64,000 nt of DNA from a virus. The notes beneath the pieces were generated by a model. The model did no database searches. It had not been told where the DNA came from and worked only from the letters and a program-made list of their open reading frames with translations. Both the position numbers and the translations under genes were made by a program. Positions 38,076 to 47,532 of this stretch are shown here, piece after piece (the stretch's first letter is position 1; every line of letters begins with the position of its first letter). The stretch lies in IMG/VR virus record IMGVR_UViG_3300022602_000028, one strand, 5' to 3'.

Positions 38076-38855
38076 ATGACACGTATTACAGAACAACAGT
38101 TACGCGAGAATGCTCAAAGTTTACAAGAAAAACTTGTTACAGAGTATGGCTGGAATCCCAGTTCATGGTTCAACGGCCGTCCTATGGGCGATGCTACTTC
38201 ACGTGATGATGTACGCACTCAGGATGCACAAAAGAATAGTCAAGGCGGTGCAAGCTCTGCACTAGTTCAAAATCGCGAACAACTTGCACCCGGAACTACT
38301 GCATCTGAAACAGGTAGTGACGGCATTGTATACGGTGTAGATGATAAAGGTCAACGTACATATCAATTAGATCCAGCACAACAAAAATGGGTCAAGATGG
38401 CTACTCCTGCTCCAGCAGAAAATCCAGAGTTACAAGGACAACCGGCAGCTCCAGAAGCACCGCCGGCAGCTCCAGAAGCACCAGCGGCAGTAACTCCAGC
38501 GGCAGCCCCTGCTAGTCCATATGTTGTTAAGAAAGGCGATAATTTAACTAATATTGCCAAAGGTATGGGAACTACCCTACAAGATTTATTGAAAGCAAAT
38601 CCGCAATTCCAAAAAAATCCCAATCTAATTTATCCCGGACAGAAAGTTAATCCGCCGGGCGCATCAGCTCCTGCGGCACCAACAGCGCCTGCGGCTGGAC
38701 AAAAAGAAGCCCCGCAAGGCTTTACCAAACCAACTCCTCCAGGCACAGTGCCTACACCACCTGCTACACAAGGTCAGTATATTAAAGTCGAGTCAACTGT
38801 ATACAAAGAAGATCAAAGTTTGGCAAGAATTATTAGTTTAGCTCGCGGACGTTAA
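38076..38855 (+). CDS. LysM-domain protein with Pro/Ala-rich linkers
   Basis: YVVKKGDNLTNIAKGMGTTLQDLLKANPQFQKNPNLIYPGQKV is a clear LysM. Confidence 0.85.
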   Translation: MTRITEQQLRENAQSLQEKLVTEYGWNPSSWFNGRPMGDATSRDDVRTQDAQKNSQGGASSALVQNREQLAPGTTASETGSDGIVYGVDDKGQRTYQLDPAQQKWVKMATPAPAENPELQGQPAAPEAPPAAPEAPAAVTPAAAPASPYVVKKGDNLTNIAKGMGTTLQDLLKANPQFQKNPNLIYPGQKVNPPGASAPAAPTAPAAGQKEAPQGFTKPTPPGTVPTPPATQGQYIKVESTVYKEDQSLARIISLARGR

Positions 38856-38891
38856 TCGAGTAAAATACTCACATTTAGGGCAAGATTTCTC

Positions 38892-38937
38892 TTGCAAACA
38901 TAAATAAAAGCGTATACAATAACATGTATGCGCTTTT
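38892..38937 (+). promoter_or_regulatory. Overlapping sigma70 promoter, late promoter and terminator hairpin upstream of gp32
   Basis: TTGCAA-17nt-TACAAT (38892-38920); TAAATA at 38901; hairpin AAAAGCGTATACA-ATAACA-TGTATGCGCTTTT. Confidence 0.65.
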
Positions 38938-39017
38938 TGTTTAGTAGGTTCTAAACAAATATAGGCAAATAAAATCGCAGAAATGCAAAACAAAGGCTAT
39001 TAATAGGAGAAACAATT

Positions 39018-40007
39018 ATGGCATCTTTAGCAGAAATCAGAGCAAAACTTAAGGCAGCAGAATCGAAAGGTTCAGACAACAATCGTTCAGGTGGAGATAA
39101 ATCAATTTATCCATTCTGGAATCTCAAAGAAGGTGGCGAATCTACACTTAGATTTTTACCAGATGGTAACACCGACAACACTTTTTTCTGGGTAGAACGT
39201 GCAATGATCAAATTGCCATTCGCTGGAATCAAAGGTGAATCAGAAAGCAAACCAGTAACAGTACAAGTTCCATGCGTAGAAATGTATGGCGACACATGTC
39301 CTATTCTTTCAGAAGTGCGTGGATGGTTTAAAGATCCAGCATTGGAAGATATGGGTCGTAAATACTGGAAAAAGCGTTCATACATTTTCCAAGGCTTTGT
39401 TGTAGAAGACGGCTTAGGCGAAAAGAGTGATGAGCAACCTGAAAATCCAATCCGTAGATTTATCATTGGTCCCCAAATCTTTACAAGTATCCGTGCGGCA
39501 CTTGTTGATCCAGAATTGGAAGATTTACCAACAGACTTAGTACACGGTTTAGATTATCGCATGAAGAAATCTAGCAAAGGTGGTTACGCTGACTACTCAA
39601 CTTCAAGTTGGGCACGTCGTGAGCGTCCATTAAGCGATGAAGAAAATGCGGCTATTCAACAACATGGCTTGTTTAACTTGTCAGATTTCTTGCCTAAGAA
39701 ACCAGGCGAAGTTGAATTGAAAGTTATGAAAGAAATGTTTGAAGCAAGTGTTGACGGCGAGCCATATGACATGGATCGTTGGGGACAATATTTCAAACCA
39801 GCTGGAATGAGCCAAAATACTGGCGATCCTAACAAAGCAACTCCTAAAGCTACTCCAGCACCTGTAGCAAATGACAACGATGAAGATGATACACCAACAC
39901 CTGTAGCAAAAACTACTGCGCCAGCACCAAAAGCTGAAGCAAGTGCCGCCGGTGATTCACGTGCCCAAGATATCTTGGCAATGATTCGTAATCGTCAAAA
40001 GCAATAA
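39018..40007 (+). CDS. gp32: Single-stranded DNA-binding protein (gp32-like)
   Basis: LRFLPDGN, VPCVEMYGDTCPIL, RKYWKKRSY, YADYSTSSW; low-complexity tail. Confidence 0.9.
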   Translation: MASLAEIRAKLKAAESKGSDNNRSGGDKSIYPFWNLKEGGESTLRFLPDGNTDNTFFWVERAMIKLPFAGIKGESESKPVTVQVPCVEMYGDTCPILSEVRGWFKDPALEDMGRKYWKKRSYIFQGFVVEDGLGEKSDEQPENPIRRFIIGPQIFTSIRAALVDPELEDLPTDLVHGLDYRMKKSSKGGYADYSTSSWARRERPLSDEENAAIQQHGLFNLSDFLPKKPGEVELKVMKEMFEASVDGEPYDMDRWGQYFKPAGMSQNTGDPNKATPKATPAPVANDNDEDDTPTPVAKTTAPAPKAEASAAGDSRAQDILAMIRNRQKQ

Positions 40008-40078
40008 ACAATAAACACGGCTAGGGCCTCTGCAACTTAGTTGTACGCCCGAGCTATCTATAAAAATAGGAGAAATAT

Positions 40079-40270
40079 ATGTCTAAATTAAGCAAACTAA
40101 GTAAGGTAAATGAATCTATTACTATTAATCGTTATGATAATGGTTTTATGGTTGAAGTCGGCGGTCGCGATGATGAAAACGATTGGAAGACTGCTAAGAT
40201 TCTTTGTAATACAGAAGAAGAAATGCTTGCTGTAGTACAAGAGTGGAATACAATGGACGTGGATAACTAA
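40079..40270 (+). CDS. Small acidic hypothetical protein
   Basis: 63 aa with AGGAG SD. Confidence 0.7.
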   Translation: MSKLSKLSKVNESITINRYDNGFMVEVGGRDDENDWKTAKILCNTEEEMLAVVQEWNTMDVDN

Positions 40271-40271
40271 T

Positions 40272-41324
40272 ATGGCCACTAAAGCGTTCGATTTATCAAA
40301 GTTTAGAAAAACTTTGACCAAGAGCATTGACGGTCTTGGAGTAGGATTTAATGATCCTACGGATTGGATTAGCACTGGCAATTATACACTTAACTATCTT
40401 ATCAGCGGCGACTTTCATAAAGGTGTACCGTTAGGTAAGGTTACTGTATTTGCTGGAGAATCCGGTGCAGGTAAAAGTTTTATCTGTTCAGGCAATCTGG
40501 TGCGTAACGCACAACAACAAGGCATTTATGTTATTTTAGTCGATACAGAAAATGCGTTAGATGAAGCATGGTTACATGCACTAGGTGTAGATACAAGTGA
40601 GGAAAAACTCCTTAAACTCAACATGGCAATGATCGATGATGTGGCAAAAACCATTCACGAGTTCATGAAAGAGTATAAAGAAATGACCGAACGTCCTAAA
40701 GTCTTATTTGTCATAGACTCATTGGGTATGTTGCTTACCCCTACCGATATCAATCAGTTTGAAGCGGGAGATTTAAAGGGCGACATGGGTCGTAAACCTA
40801 AAGCACTAACAGCACTTGTTCGTAATTGCGTCAATATGTTTGGTAATTACAATGTAGGAATGGTGTGTACTAATCATACATACGCAAGCCAAGACATGTT
40901 TGATCCAGATGACAAAATTTCAGGTGGACAGGGATTTGTTTATGCAAGTTCTATTGTAGTTGCCATGAAAAAGTTGAAATTGAAAGAAGACGAAGATGGT
41001 AACAAAGTATCGGACGTAATGGGTATTCGTGCAAGTTGCAAGATTATGAAAACTCGTTACAGTAAACCTTTTGAAACTGTACAAATTAAGATTCCATATG
41101 AAACAGGTATGAATCCTTACAGTGGCATGGTCGATATGTTAGAAAAACAAGGCATCCTTGTACAACAGGGCAACAGATTAAAATATGTTGATCCTACTAC
41201 TGGGGAAGAAACCTTATTATACCGAAAAGAATGGAAAGATGATAAATTAGATATGATAATGGCAAATTATCACATTAAACCTACAACAACCATTCCCGAG
41301 GAGACAGAAGAAAATGTTGAATGA
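40272..41324 (+). CDS. uvsX: RecA-like recombinase UvsX
   Basis: STGNYTLNYLISG, Walker A AGESGAGKS, FVIDSLG, NHTY, ISGG. Confidence 0.93.
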   Translation: MATKAFDLSKFRKTLTKSIDGLGVGFNDPTDWISTGNYTLNYLISGDFHKGVPLGKVTVFAGESGAGKSFICSGNLVRNAQQQGIYVILVDTENALDEAWLHALGVDTSEEKLLKLNMAMIDDVAKTIHEFMKEYKEMTERPKVLFVIDSLGMLLTPTDINQFEAGDLKGDMGRKPKALTALVRNCVNMFGNYNVGMVCTNHTYASQDMFDPDDKISGGQGFVYASSIVVAMKKLKLKEDEDGNKVSDVMGIRASCKIMKTRYSKPFETVQIKIPYETGMNPYSGMVDMLEKQGILVQQGNRLKYVDPTTGEETLLYRKEWKDDKLDMIMANYHIKPTTTIPEETEENVE

Positions 41325-41550
41325 AACACAAATTAGTGATATCTGGTTAAACTTTGTCGAATATATTGATAAAAAGCAACTTGAAACAGTAGCAGAACGT
41401 TATGTCGATTTGCTAGCTGATTTTGGCATGCCAGACAAGGTTTTTAAAGGTGCTATTGGTGTAGATGAAATTCTTGACCAAGCTATTGAATATTATCTTA
41501 ATGATGATATTGATAGTGAGGAAGATGACGTACAAGAATTGGACTTTTAA
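41314..41550 (+). CDS. Small acidic hypothetical protein
   Basis: 78 aa, overlaps both neighbours in the operon. Confidence 0.65.
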   Translation: MLNETQISDIWLNFVEYIDKKQLETVAERYVDLLADFGMPDKVFKGAIGVDEILDQAIEYYLNDDIDSEEDDVQELDF

Positions 41551-42005
41551 TGGGTTGGTATTCTAAGATTGCTAAGGATATTTCGCATATTCCCGATGCT
41601 GTGGCTTATTTTGAACAAGAACTAGTCGAAGCACGGGATGAAGTGAAGTTGCGAGGAAATGTTGAAAAGGCCAGTGCTAGTATGCCTGGTACGGTTGAAC
41701 ATAGATTTGGTCAATTACAAGAAATCGAGGCAATTTTAGAATATCTTAACATCGAACTACGTAGATTAAAAAGTGGTTTCTTTAGAAAATATCTTGAAAA
41801 CTATCAACGTGCTCTTAGTAGTAAAGATTGTGAAAAATACGTAGACGGCGAAGCAGATGTTGTCGATATGGAAAAAATTATTAATGAATTTGCTCTGTTA
41901 CGCAACAAATGGCTCGGTGTTATTAAAGGTCTTGACCAGAAACAATGGCAAATTACAAATATTGTAAAATTACGTGTTGCTGGAATGGAAGATGCAACCA
42001 TCTAA
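41550..42005 (+). CDS. uvsY: Recombination mediator UvsY-like
   Basis: KYLENYQRALSSKDCEKYVDGEAD...RNKWLGVIKGLDQKQWQI...KLRVAGMED. Confidence 0.8.
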   Translation: MGWYSKIAKDISHIPDAVAYFEQELVEARDEVKLRGNVEKASASMPGTVEHRFGQLQEIEAILEYLNIELRRLKSGFFRKYLENYQRALSSKDCEKYVDGEADVVDMEKIINEFALLRNKWLGVIKGLDQKQWQITNIVKLRVAGMEDATI

Positions 42006-42028
42006 CTAATTTACTCAAAATGCTGACC

Positions 42029-42062
42029 ATAGGCCTTAAATAATATTGAGGCCTATTTTTTT
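42029..42062 (+). terminator. Intrinsic terminator with TAAATA spanning the stem end and loop
   Basis: ATAGGCCTT-AAATAATATT-GAGGCCTAT followed by a T run. Confidence 0.75.
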
Positions 42063-42070
42063 CTAACCGG

Positions 42071-42099
42071 TTGACCTTTGATACATGTTAGTGTATACT
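42071..42099 (+). promoter_or_regulatory. sigma70-type promoter for the helicase/replication operon
   Basis: TTGACC-17nt-TATACT. Confidence 0.75.
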
Positions 42100-42108
42100 T
42101 ACTGAATA

Positions 42109-43299
42109 ATGACTATAGATAATTTATTACTAAAAATTGTGAATTTTTCTTCCAAACCTTTGGAGGAATTACTAGCACCGAGAGACTGTAATGTGTTAAG
42201 GAACTTGGCATCTAACATTAACAGTCATTTATTTGTAACTGAAAACCAAAGTCGACTAATAATTAAAATTCTTGGTGAAAATTCGGAAAAATTGTCGGAT
42301 TTTAAAGATGAAATTTTAGAGCAAATTGCGGTACCTTCTTGGTCAAAACCATTTCGCCATATAGAACAAATAAGAAAATTTTATATTAAAAAGAATGACG
42401 AGCATGAACTTGCACTTTTTGTAGAAATGACATTTTCTCAAGAAATTCGTAAAATTTTGCAAAATTTAGCAAAACAGCTAGATGGGCTGGTAGTAGCTCA
42501 TAATACAAAATCTTGGACTTGTACACTTACTGAACAAAATCTTGTTATGCTGTATGAAGCGTTAGAACCATTAAAGTTTGATATCGACGAGACCATAAAA
42601 AACCACTATTTGACCATAAAATCTTGGTCGAAAAGTGAGGTTGAAAAACAGTTCATTATCAGTAACATTGAACATGTTAATTTTCAAAAAGCCATTACTG
42701 CTGACTTAGGTATCGAAACCAGCATTGATCAAAACATCATTAATGACCGTAGTATGCGATATAAGTATACCACCGAAAATCCCCGAAATTTCGGTGAAAA
42801 TTTGACCGAAAATATCGCTAATCGTACTAGTACTAAAATTTGGGTTGATAAAAATCAACACACGTTGACCGAAGTTTTTGATAGTTTGTTAAAATTGAGA
42901 AGATTGCCAGTTATGGTAGTTTTTGATAGTTTTAGCAATTCTAAATATTTGGAAAATCTGGAAATTTTGTCGGAAGCCATGAAAAATGTCGGTATCGACG
43001 ATGGTGTCGGTATTTACTTTAGATTGCCTAATGACGATATTGGAAAAAAATTCAATAATTTTATTGCAGAAAATCATTATAACAAACGCCTCGATGATAC
43101 CTTAATTGTTGCGGCTGTTAGTAGTGGAAAAATACCAAAATTTTTCCTAAAAAACGCATGGCAACCTATGAGTGTAATTGGACTTGATACAAAGATGGGG
43201 TTGCGTCACGGTAAGACTTCAGTGTATACTAACTGCTGTGATTTAATTATAGAGTATGCAGAAGAAAAAAGTATGCTAGAAGGACGTAAGATTTTATGA
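42109..43299 (+). CDS. Hypothetical protein upstream of UvsW
   Basis: 396-aa ORF, ATGA overlap with uvsW; no recognisable motif. Confidence 0.7.
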   Translation: MTIDNLLLKIVNFSSKPLEELLAPRDCNVLRNLASNINSHLFVTENQSRLIIKILGENSEKLSDFKDEILEQIAVPSWSKPFRHIEQIRKFYIKKNDEHELALFVEMTFSQEIRKILQNLAKQLDGLVVAHNTKSWTCTLTEQNLVMLYEALEPLKFDIDETIKNHYLTIKSWSKSEVEKQFIISNIEHVNFQKAITADLGIETSIDQNIINDRSMRYKYTTENPRNFGENLTENIANRTSTKIWVDKNQHTLTEVFDSLLKLRRLPVMVVFDSFSNSKYLENLEILSEAMKNVGIDDGVGIYFRLPNDDIGKKFNNFIAENHYNKRLDDTLIVAAVSSGKIPKFFLKNAWQPMSVIGLDTKMGLRHGKTSVYTNCCDLIIEYAEEKSMLEGRKIL

Positions 43300-44765
43300 C
43301 AGTAAAATTAGTCATTAGAGATGAAGTTAATATTAAATTTGAAGGTTTAAATTTAGAAGCTCGTAAAAAGCTAGCTAATACTTTCAAATATGAAAATCCA
43401 ACTGCACGATATCAACCGGCATACAAATTAGGTCGGTGGGATGGCAAAGTTAGTATGTTTGGGTTAGGCGGTAATGGCTATCTTAGCCAACTAGAAAAAT
43501 GTCTAGAAATACTATCTAACATGGATATTGATATAGACGAACTTGATGATTTACGTACAAATAATAAAATTGAATTCGAAGAAATAACAACACAATACTG
43601 GGCAGATCAAGGCAAGGTGTGGCCCGAAGGTCATAGATTTGCTGGACAACCGATTGTCTTACGTGATGATCAAGTTGATGTAGTAAACAGATTTTTCACC
43701 AATACACAAGCGTTACAAGAAGTTGCTACTGGTGCTGGAAAAACTATTATGACAGCAACATTAAGTCATTGTGCTGAGAAATATGGACGTACTATTGTTA
43801 TTGTGCCTAATAAAGATTTAGTTACGCAAACTGAAGAAGACTATGTTAATGTTGGATTAGATGTCGGTGTATATTACGGAGATCGCAAGGATCTTAATAA
43901 AACACATACCATTTGTACTTGGCAAAGTCTTAATATTTTAGATAAAAAATCTAAAAACTGGGATGAGAATATTGCATTAACACTTGCAGAATTCCTTGAT
44001 GGAGTTAAAACTGTTATTGTCGACGAAGTTCATATGGCCAAAGCAGAAGTACTTAAAAATTTACTTACACAGAACTTGTGTAATGCACCTATTCGCTGGG
44101 GATTAACTGGAACTGTACCGAAAGATGAATATGAATCCGCTCCTATATTTGCTAGCATTGGCCCAGTAGTAGGCGGCATCAAGGCGCACGAATTGCAAGA
44201 GATGGGAATACTTAGTAACTTACATGTTAACATTGTACAGTTGATTGATTTACCAGAATTTAAAACTTATCAGGAAGAATTAAAATATCTTGTCACTAAC
44301 AAAGATAGAATGATTTATTTTAGCAAACTTATAAAAGGCTTATCAGATTCAGGCAATACATTGATTCTAGTTAACAGGATCGATACAGGCAAATTATTAA
44401 CAGAAATGATAGAAGGCGCAGTGTTTATTTCAGGCGAAGTTAAAGGTACCAAACGTAAAGAAGAATACAAAGAACATGCGACTAACGATAATAAAGTTAC
44501 TGTAGCAACTTACGGTGTTGCCGCCGTTGGAATTAACATACCTAGGATTTTTAATTTAGTTCTGTTAGAACCAGGAAAATCATTTGTTCGTGTTATCCAA
44601 AGTATCGGTAGGGGAATTCGTAAAGCAGAAGATAAAGACTTTGTACAAATTTGGGACATAACTTCGACTTGTAAATTTGCAAAACGCCACCTCACTACGA
44701 GGAAGAAATTTTACAAGGACGCCAAATATCCTTTTACAATTGAAAAGATAGATTGGCAAAAATAA
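43296..44765 (+). CDS. uvsW: SF2 DNA helicase UvsW-like
   Basis: VATGAGKT, VDEVH, GLTGT, GINIP, QSIGRGIR. Confidence 0.93.
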   Translation: MTVKLVIRDEVNIKFEGLNLEARKKLANTFKYENPTARYQPAYKLGRWDGKVSMFGLGGNGYLSQLEKCLEILSNMDIDIDELDDLRTNNKIEFEEITTQYWADQGKVWPEGHRFAGQPIVLRDDQVDVVNRFFTNTQALQEVATGAGKTIMTATLSHCAEKYGRTIVIVPNKDLVTQTEEDYVNVGLDVGVYYGDRKDLNKTHTICTWQSLNILDKKSKNWDENIALTLAEFLDGVKTVIVDEVHMAKAEVLKNLLTQNLCNAPIRWGLTGTVPKDEYESAPIFASIGPVVGGIKAHELQEMGILSNLHVNIVQLIDLPEFKTYQEELKYLVTNKDRMIYFSKLIKGLSDSGNTLILVNRIDTGKLLTEMIEGAVFISGEVKGTKRKEEYKEHATNDNKVTVATYGVAAVGINIPRIFNLVLLEPGKSFVRVIQSIGRGIRKAEDKDFVQIWDITSTCKFAKRHLTTRKKFYKDAKYPFTIEKIDWQK

Positions 44766-44771
44766 GGAATT

Positions 44772-45278
44772 ATGAATATATTAACGTTAGATAACCATAC
44801 ATTTTCATTAAATAATCTTCCAGATGAAGTTGATGAAAATACTAGATTTGCTGTATTAGATAACAGCGATCCGAAAGAACCAGATTTTTTCTTCATGCCG
44901 TTAATTTTTCTAGAAAGTTTTAATGCACCTGCAATGGTAATAAGAATTGGAGATGATGAAGTAACAATGCCAATCGATTGGTGTATTGCAGTTGGAGATA
45001 GTAGTGCGGCTAGTGATATAGAAATATTACCATTAACTAGTTTAAATGATCGTGGATTTGATGCATTAATTTTTAATCCGTTGAGTAGTTTTAGAGTAGA
45101 GTTTAAGCGAATTGAAATTGTTAATTTTTATAATGATGTTAAATGGTATTTTCCTAAGATGAAAAACGGGCAGTTGTTAGCAGTTCCTACATCTGGGGGA
45201 TCGAAGCCAAACTGTGCATATTTTGTTAAAGAAATTGCTAGACAAAACGAAATTATATTATTAGACAAATTATTATAA
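44772..45278 (+). CDS. Beta-rich hypothetical protein
   Basis: 168 aa with AAGGA SD, directly after uvsW. Confidence 0.65.
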   Translation: MNILTLDNHTFSLNNLPDEVDENTRFAVLDNSDPKEPDFFFMPLIFLESFNAPAMVIRIGDDEVTMPIDWCIAVGDSSAASDIEILPLTSLNDRGFDALIFNPLSSFRVEFKRIEIVNFYNDVKWYFPKMKNGQLLAVPTSGGSKPNCAYFVKEIARQNEIILLDKLL

Positions 45279-45288
45279 GGAATACATC

Positions 45289-45933
45289 ATGGCATTAAAG
45301 ATTGCATATTTTCAACCTATCATACTATTACAAGATACAGTTCCTCCTGTAGAATTTAGCAAAATTTATAATCTTGTCGAATCGGCTCATCAGCATACAG
45401 AGTTAAATGATTCAGAAAATCCGTTATTAAGTATAAAAGGCGGTAATCAAGTTCAAGTTTATCCTAACGAGTTAGGAGTAGATGTAGGCTGGTTGATTAA
45501 ATGGTTTGAAGAAGCATGTCAAGGTTATATTGAATTGGTCATTGCGCAATCGGGTACTGATGAATTAAAATATGTAGAACCTAAAGTAACTAGTATATGG
45601 ACTATTCGACAAACAGAAGGTGACTATCAAGCAATGCATCATCATCCAGGTGGACACATTAGCGGTAATGTATATGTGACTGCACCTGCTTATGAAGATG
45701 ATAAAAAAAATGTAGATGGAAATATATATTTTAGATTGCCACAGCCTAAAGATTTAACAAAATTTATGATGCATGATAGCTGGAAACATGATGGAGATCC
45801 CGGTACGTTTGTTATATTTCCTAGCTATTTGCCACATACTGTTTATCCTTGGAAAGGCGCCGGTTATCGTACAGTTTTAGCGTTTGATGCAATGTTAGTT
45901 CCTAAACAGGAGTTACTGAATGGGCAAACTTAA
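45289..45933 (+). CDS. Putative 2OG-Fe(II) oxygenase (HxH type)
   Basis: IWTIRQ..GDYQAMHHHP..HISGNVY; VIFPSYLPHTVYP; RTVLAF. Confidence 0.8.
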   Translation: MALKIAYFQPIILLQDTVPPVEFSKIYNLVESAHQHTELNDSENPLLSIKGGNQVQVYPNELGVDVGWLIKWFEEACQGYIELVIAQSGTDELKYVEPKVTSIWTIRQTEGDYQAMHHHPGGHISGNVYVTAPAYEDDKKNVDGNIYFRLPQPKDLTKFMMHDSWKHDGDPGTFVIFPSYLPHTVYPWKGAGYRTVLAFDAMLVPKQELLNGQT

Positions 45934-46207
45934 ACCTGGTGCAACTTATATATATGAGCGTGACAAAGATGTTACTTACGCTCGAGAATTCGGAGCAGAC
46001 CCGGGTACAAGATTTGCGATTGGCTATGGATATGATCCTGAAGAATCAAAAAGATTCGATGTTAGAAGAACTTCTGGTCAGCAAGAACTAGATGATCATA
46101 ATGAATGGATTAAGATCAGGTTAGCCGGAAAAACCAATCCCGCTTTACAAAAAGCCATTGATCGTGTTAAAATGTTATATAAACTAAGCATGGAAAAATA
46201 TGAGTGA
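45920..46207 (+). CDS. Hypothetical protein
   Basis: 95 aa, overlaps both neighbours. Confidence 0.65.
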   Translation: MGKLKPGATYIYERDKDVTYAREFGADPGTRFAIGYGYDPEESKRFDVRRTSGQQELDDHNEWIKIRLAGKTNPALQKAIDRVKMLYKLSMEKYE

Positions 46208-46679
46208 AAAAGTAGAGCTTAAAGAAAAACTTGCGGCAGTAGATCAAAACGTTCGTGAATTGTGGGATGCAATGGATGCTGATCAGCAAAAAGCTCTTAA
46301 AAGTGAATTCTACATTCTTAATCGTTATGTCAGCAATGTGCAAGGACAAAAACGAGAAGTACAAGAACATTTTGTCTTAACTGTAAATGAGTTCTTTAAT
46401 AAGAATTGGAATAGTATACAAAAACATCCTAAATTATTATGGCAACTTTTGTGCATGTGTAGTTATAATGGTAATACTGTATTTTTTCATCAGTGGTTAG
46501 GGCATAAAAAGAAAACAGGCAATGGCGGCAAAAAAGTAAAGTTTTTAGAAGAAATATATCCTACTCATAAAATAGACGAATTAGAATTAATGGCAGAACT
46601 TTCTACAGATAAAGACTTAAAAGATCTTGGCAGACGTCATGGTATGGATGAAGCAACACTTGCAAAGAAACTAAAATGA
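46200..46679 (+). CDS. Possible clamp-loader small subunit (gp62-like)
   Basis: FYILNRYVS...NEFFN..W..IQKHPKLLWQLL resembles gp62-type YMINRxLS; replication context. Confidence 0.4.
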   Translation: MSEKVELKEKLAAVDQNVRELWDAMDADQQKALKSEFYILNRYVSNVQGQKREVQEHFVLTVNEFFNKNWNSIQKHPKLLWQLLCMCSYNGNTVFFHQWLGHKKKTGNGGKKVKFLEEIYPTHKIDELELMAELSTDKDLKDLGRRHGMDEATLAKKLK

Positions 46680-47371
46680 TGGCATTAGTTAGTCAACCTT
46701 TTTCTTGCGATTATTGTAATAAAGGGTTTATGCACGAAAAAACTTTGTTTGTGCATGTGTGCGAACAAAAACGAAGAGCACTAGCTCGAAATGAAAAACA
46801 TGTCTTGTTAGCATTTGATGCATTTCAAAAGTTTTATAAGCAAGCACAGCCACATAGCAAACAGGAAAAAACATATGAAGATTTTTGTAAAAGTCCTTAT
46901 TATAACGCTTTTATTAAGTTTGGTAGTTTTGTCAGTAACGTTAATCCTCTCTACCCGGAAAGATTTACCAATTATATTGTCACCAGTGGAGTCAAACTTG
47001 ACCACTGGTGCAGAGACGAACTCTACGACCTTTATGTCGTCGACCTTGTCCGAAGAGAAACCGTCGAAACAGCACTCCAAAGATCGATCCAAACAATGAT
47101 GTCTTGGGCGGACGAGCATAACGCACAATGGAATCATTATTTTTTATACGCAAGTCTAAGTCGTGCTTGCTATGATATTAAGGATGGAAAAATAAGTCCT
47201 TGGCTAATATTAAATAGTTCTAGTGGTAAAGAGATGCTAAAGAAATTTAATGACGAACAATTAAGTCACATACAAAGTATCATAGATCCTCCATTCTGGC
47301 TTAATAAATTTAAAAAACACCCAGCTGATGCGTTACTGGTCAAAGATGTAGTAAAGGAAAGCGGTATATGA
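46676..47371 (+). CDS. Hypothetical replication-module protein with N-terminal zinc finger
   Basis: CDYCNKGFMHEKTLFVHVC (C2HC-type). Confidence 0.6.
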   Translation: MMALVSQPFSCDYCNKGFMHEKTLFVHVCEQKRRALARNEKHVLLAFDAFQKFYKQAQPHSKQEKTYEDFCKSPYYNAFIKFGSFVSNVNPLYPERFTNYIVTSGVKLDHWCRDELYDLYVVDLVRRETVETALQRSIQTMMSWADEHNAQWNHYFLYASLSRACYDIKDGKISPWLILNSSSGKEMLKKFNDEQLSHIQSIIDPPFWLNKFKKHPADALLVKDVVKESGI

Positions 47372-47532
47372 ATTCACCTATAACTCGTTTATTATCGGAT
47401 GGTACTATTTTGGAAGAAATTCCAGAACAGAATCGATGCCCAGATATATGGAAATTGATAAATCCAGAAACCGAAAATATTTACAACCCTGAGAAGGATG
47501 AACCTAAGATATGGATTCATACAGATTATTAA
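47368..47532 (+). CDS. 54-aa hypothetical protein (not in the ORF track)
   Basis: MNSPITRLLSDG...IWIHTDY*; ATGA overlap upstream, and its stop abuts ATG 47533. Confidence 0.55.
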   Translation: MNSPITRLLSDGTILEEIPEQNRCPDIWKLINPETENIYNPEKDEPKIWIHTDY

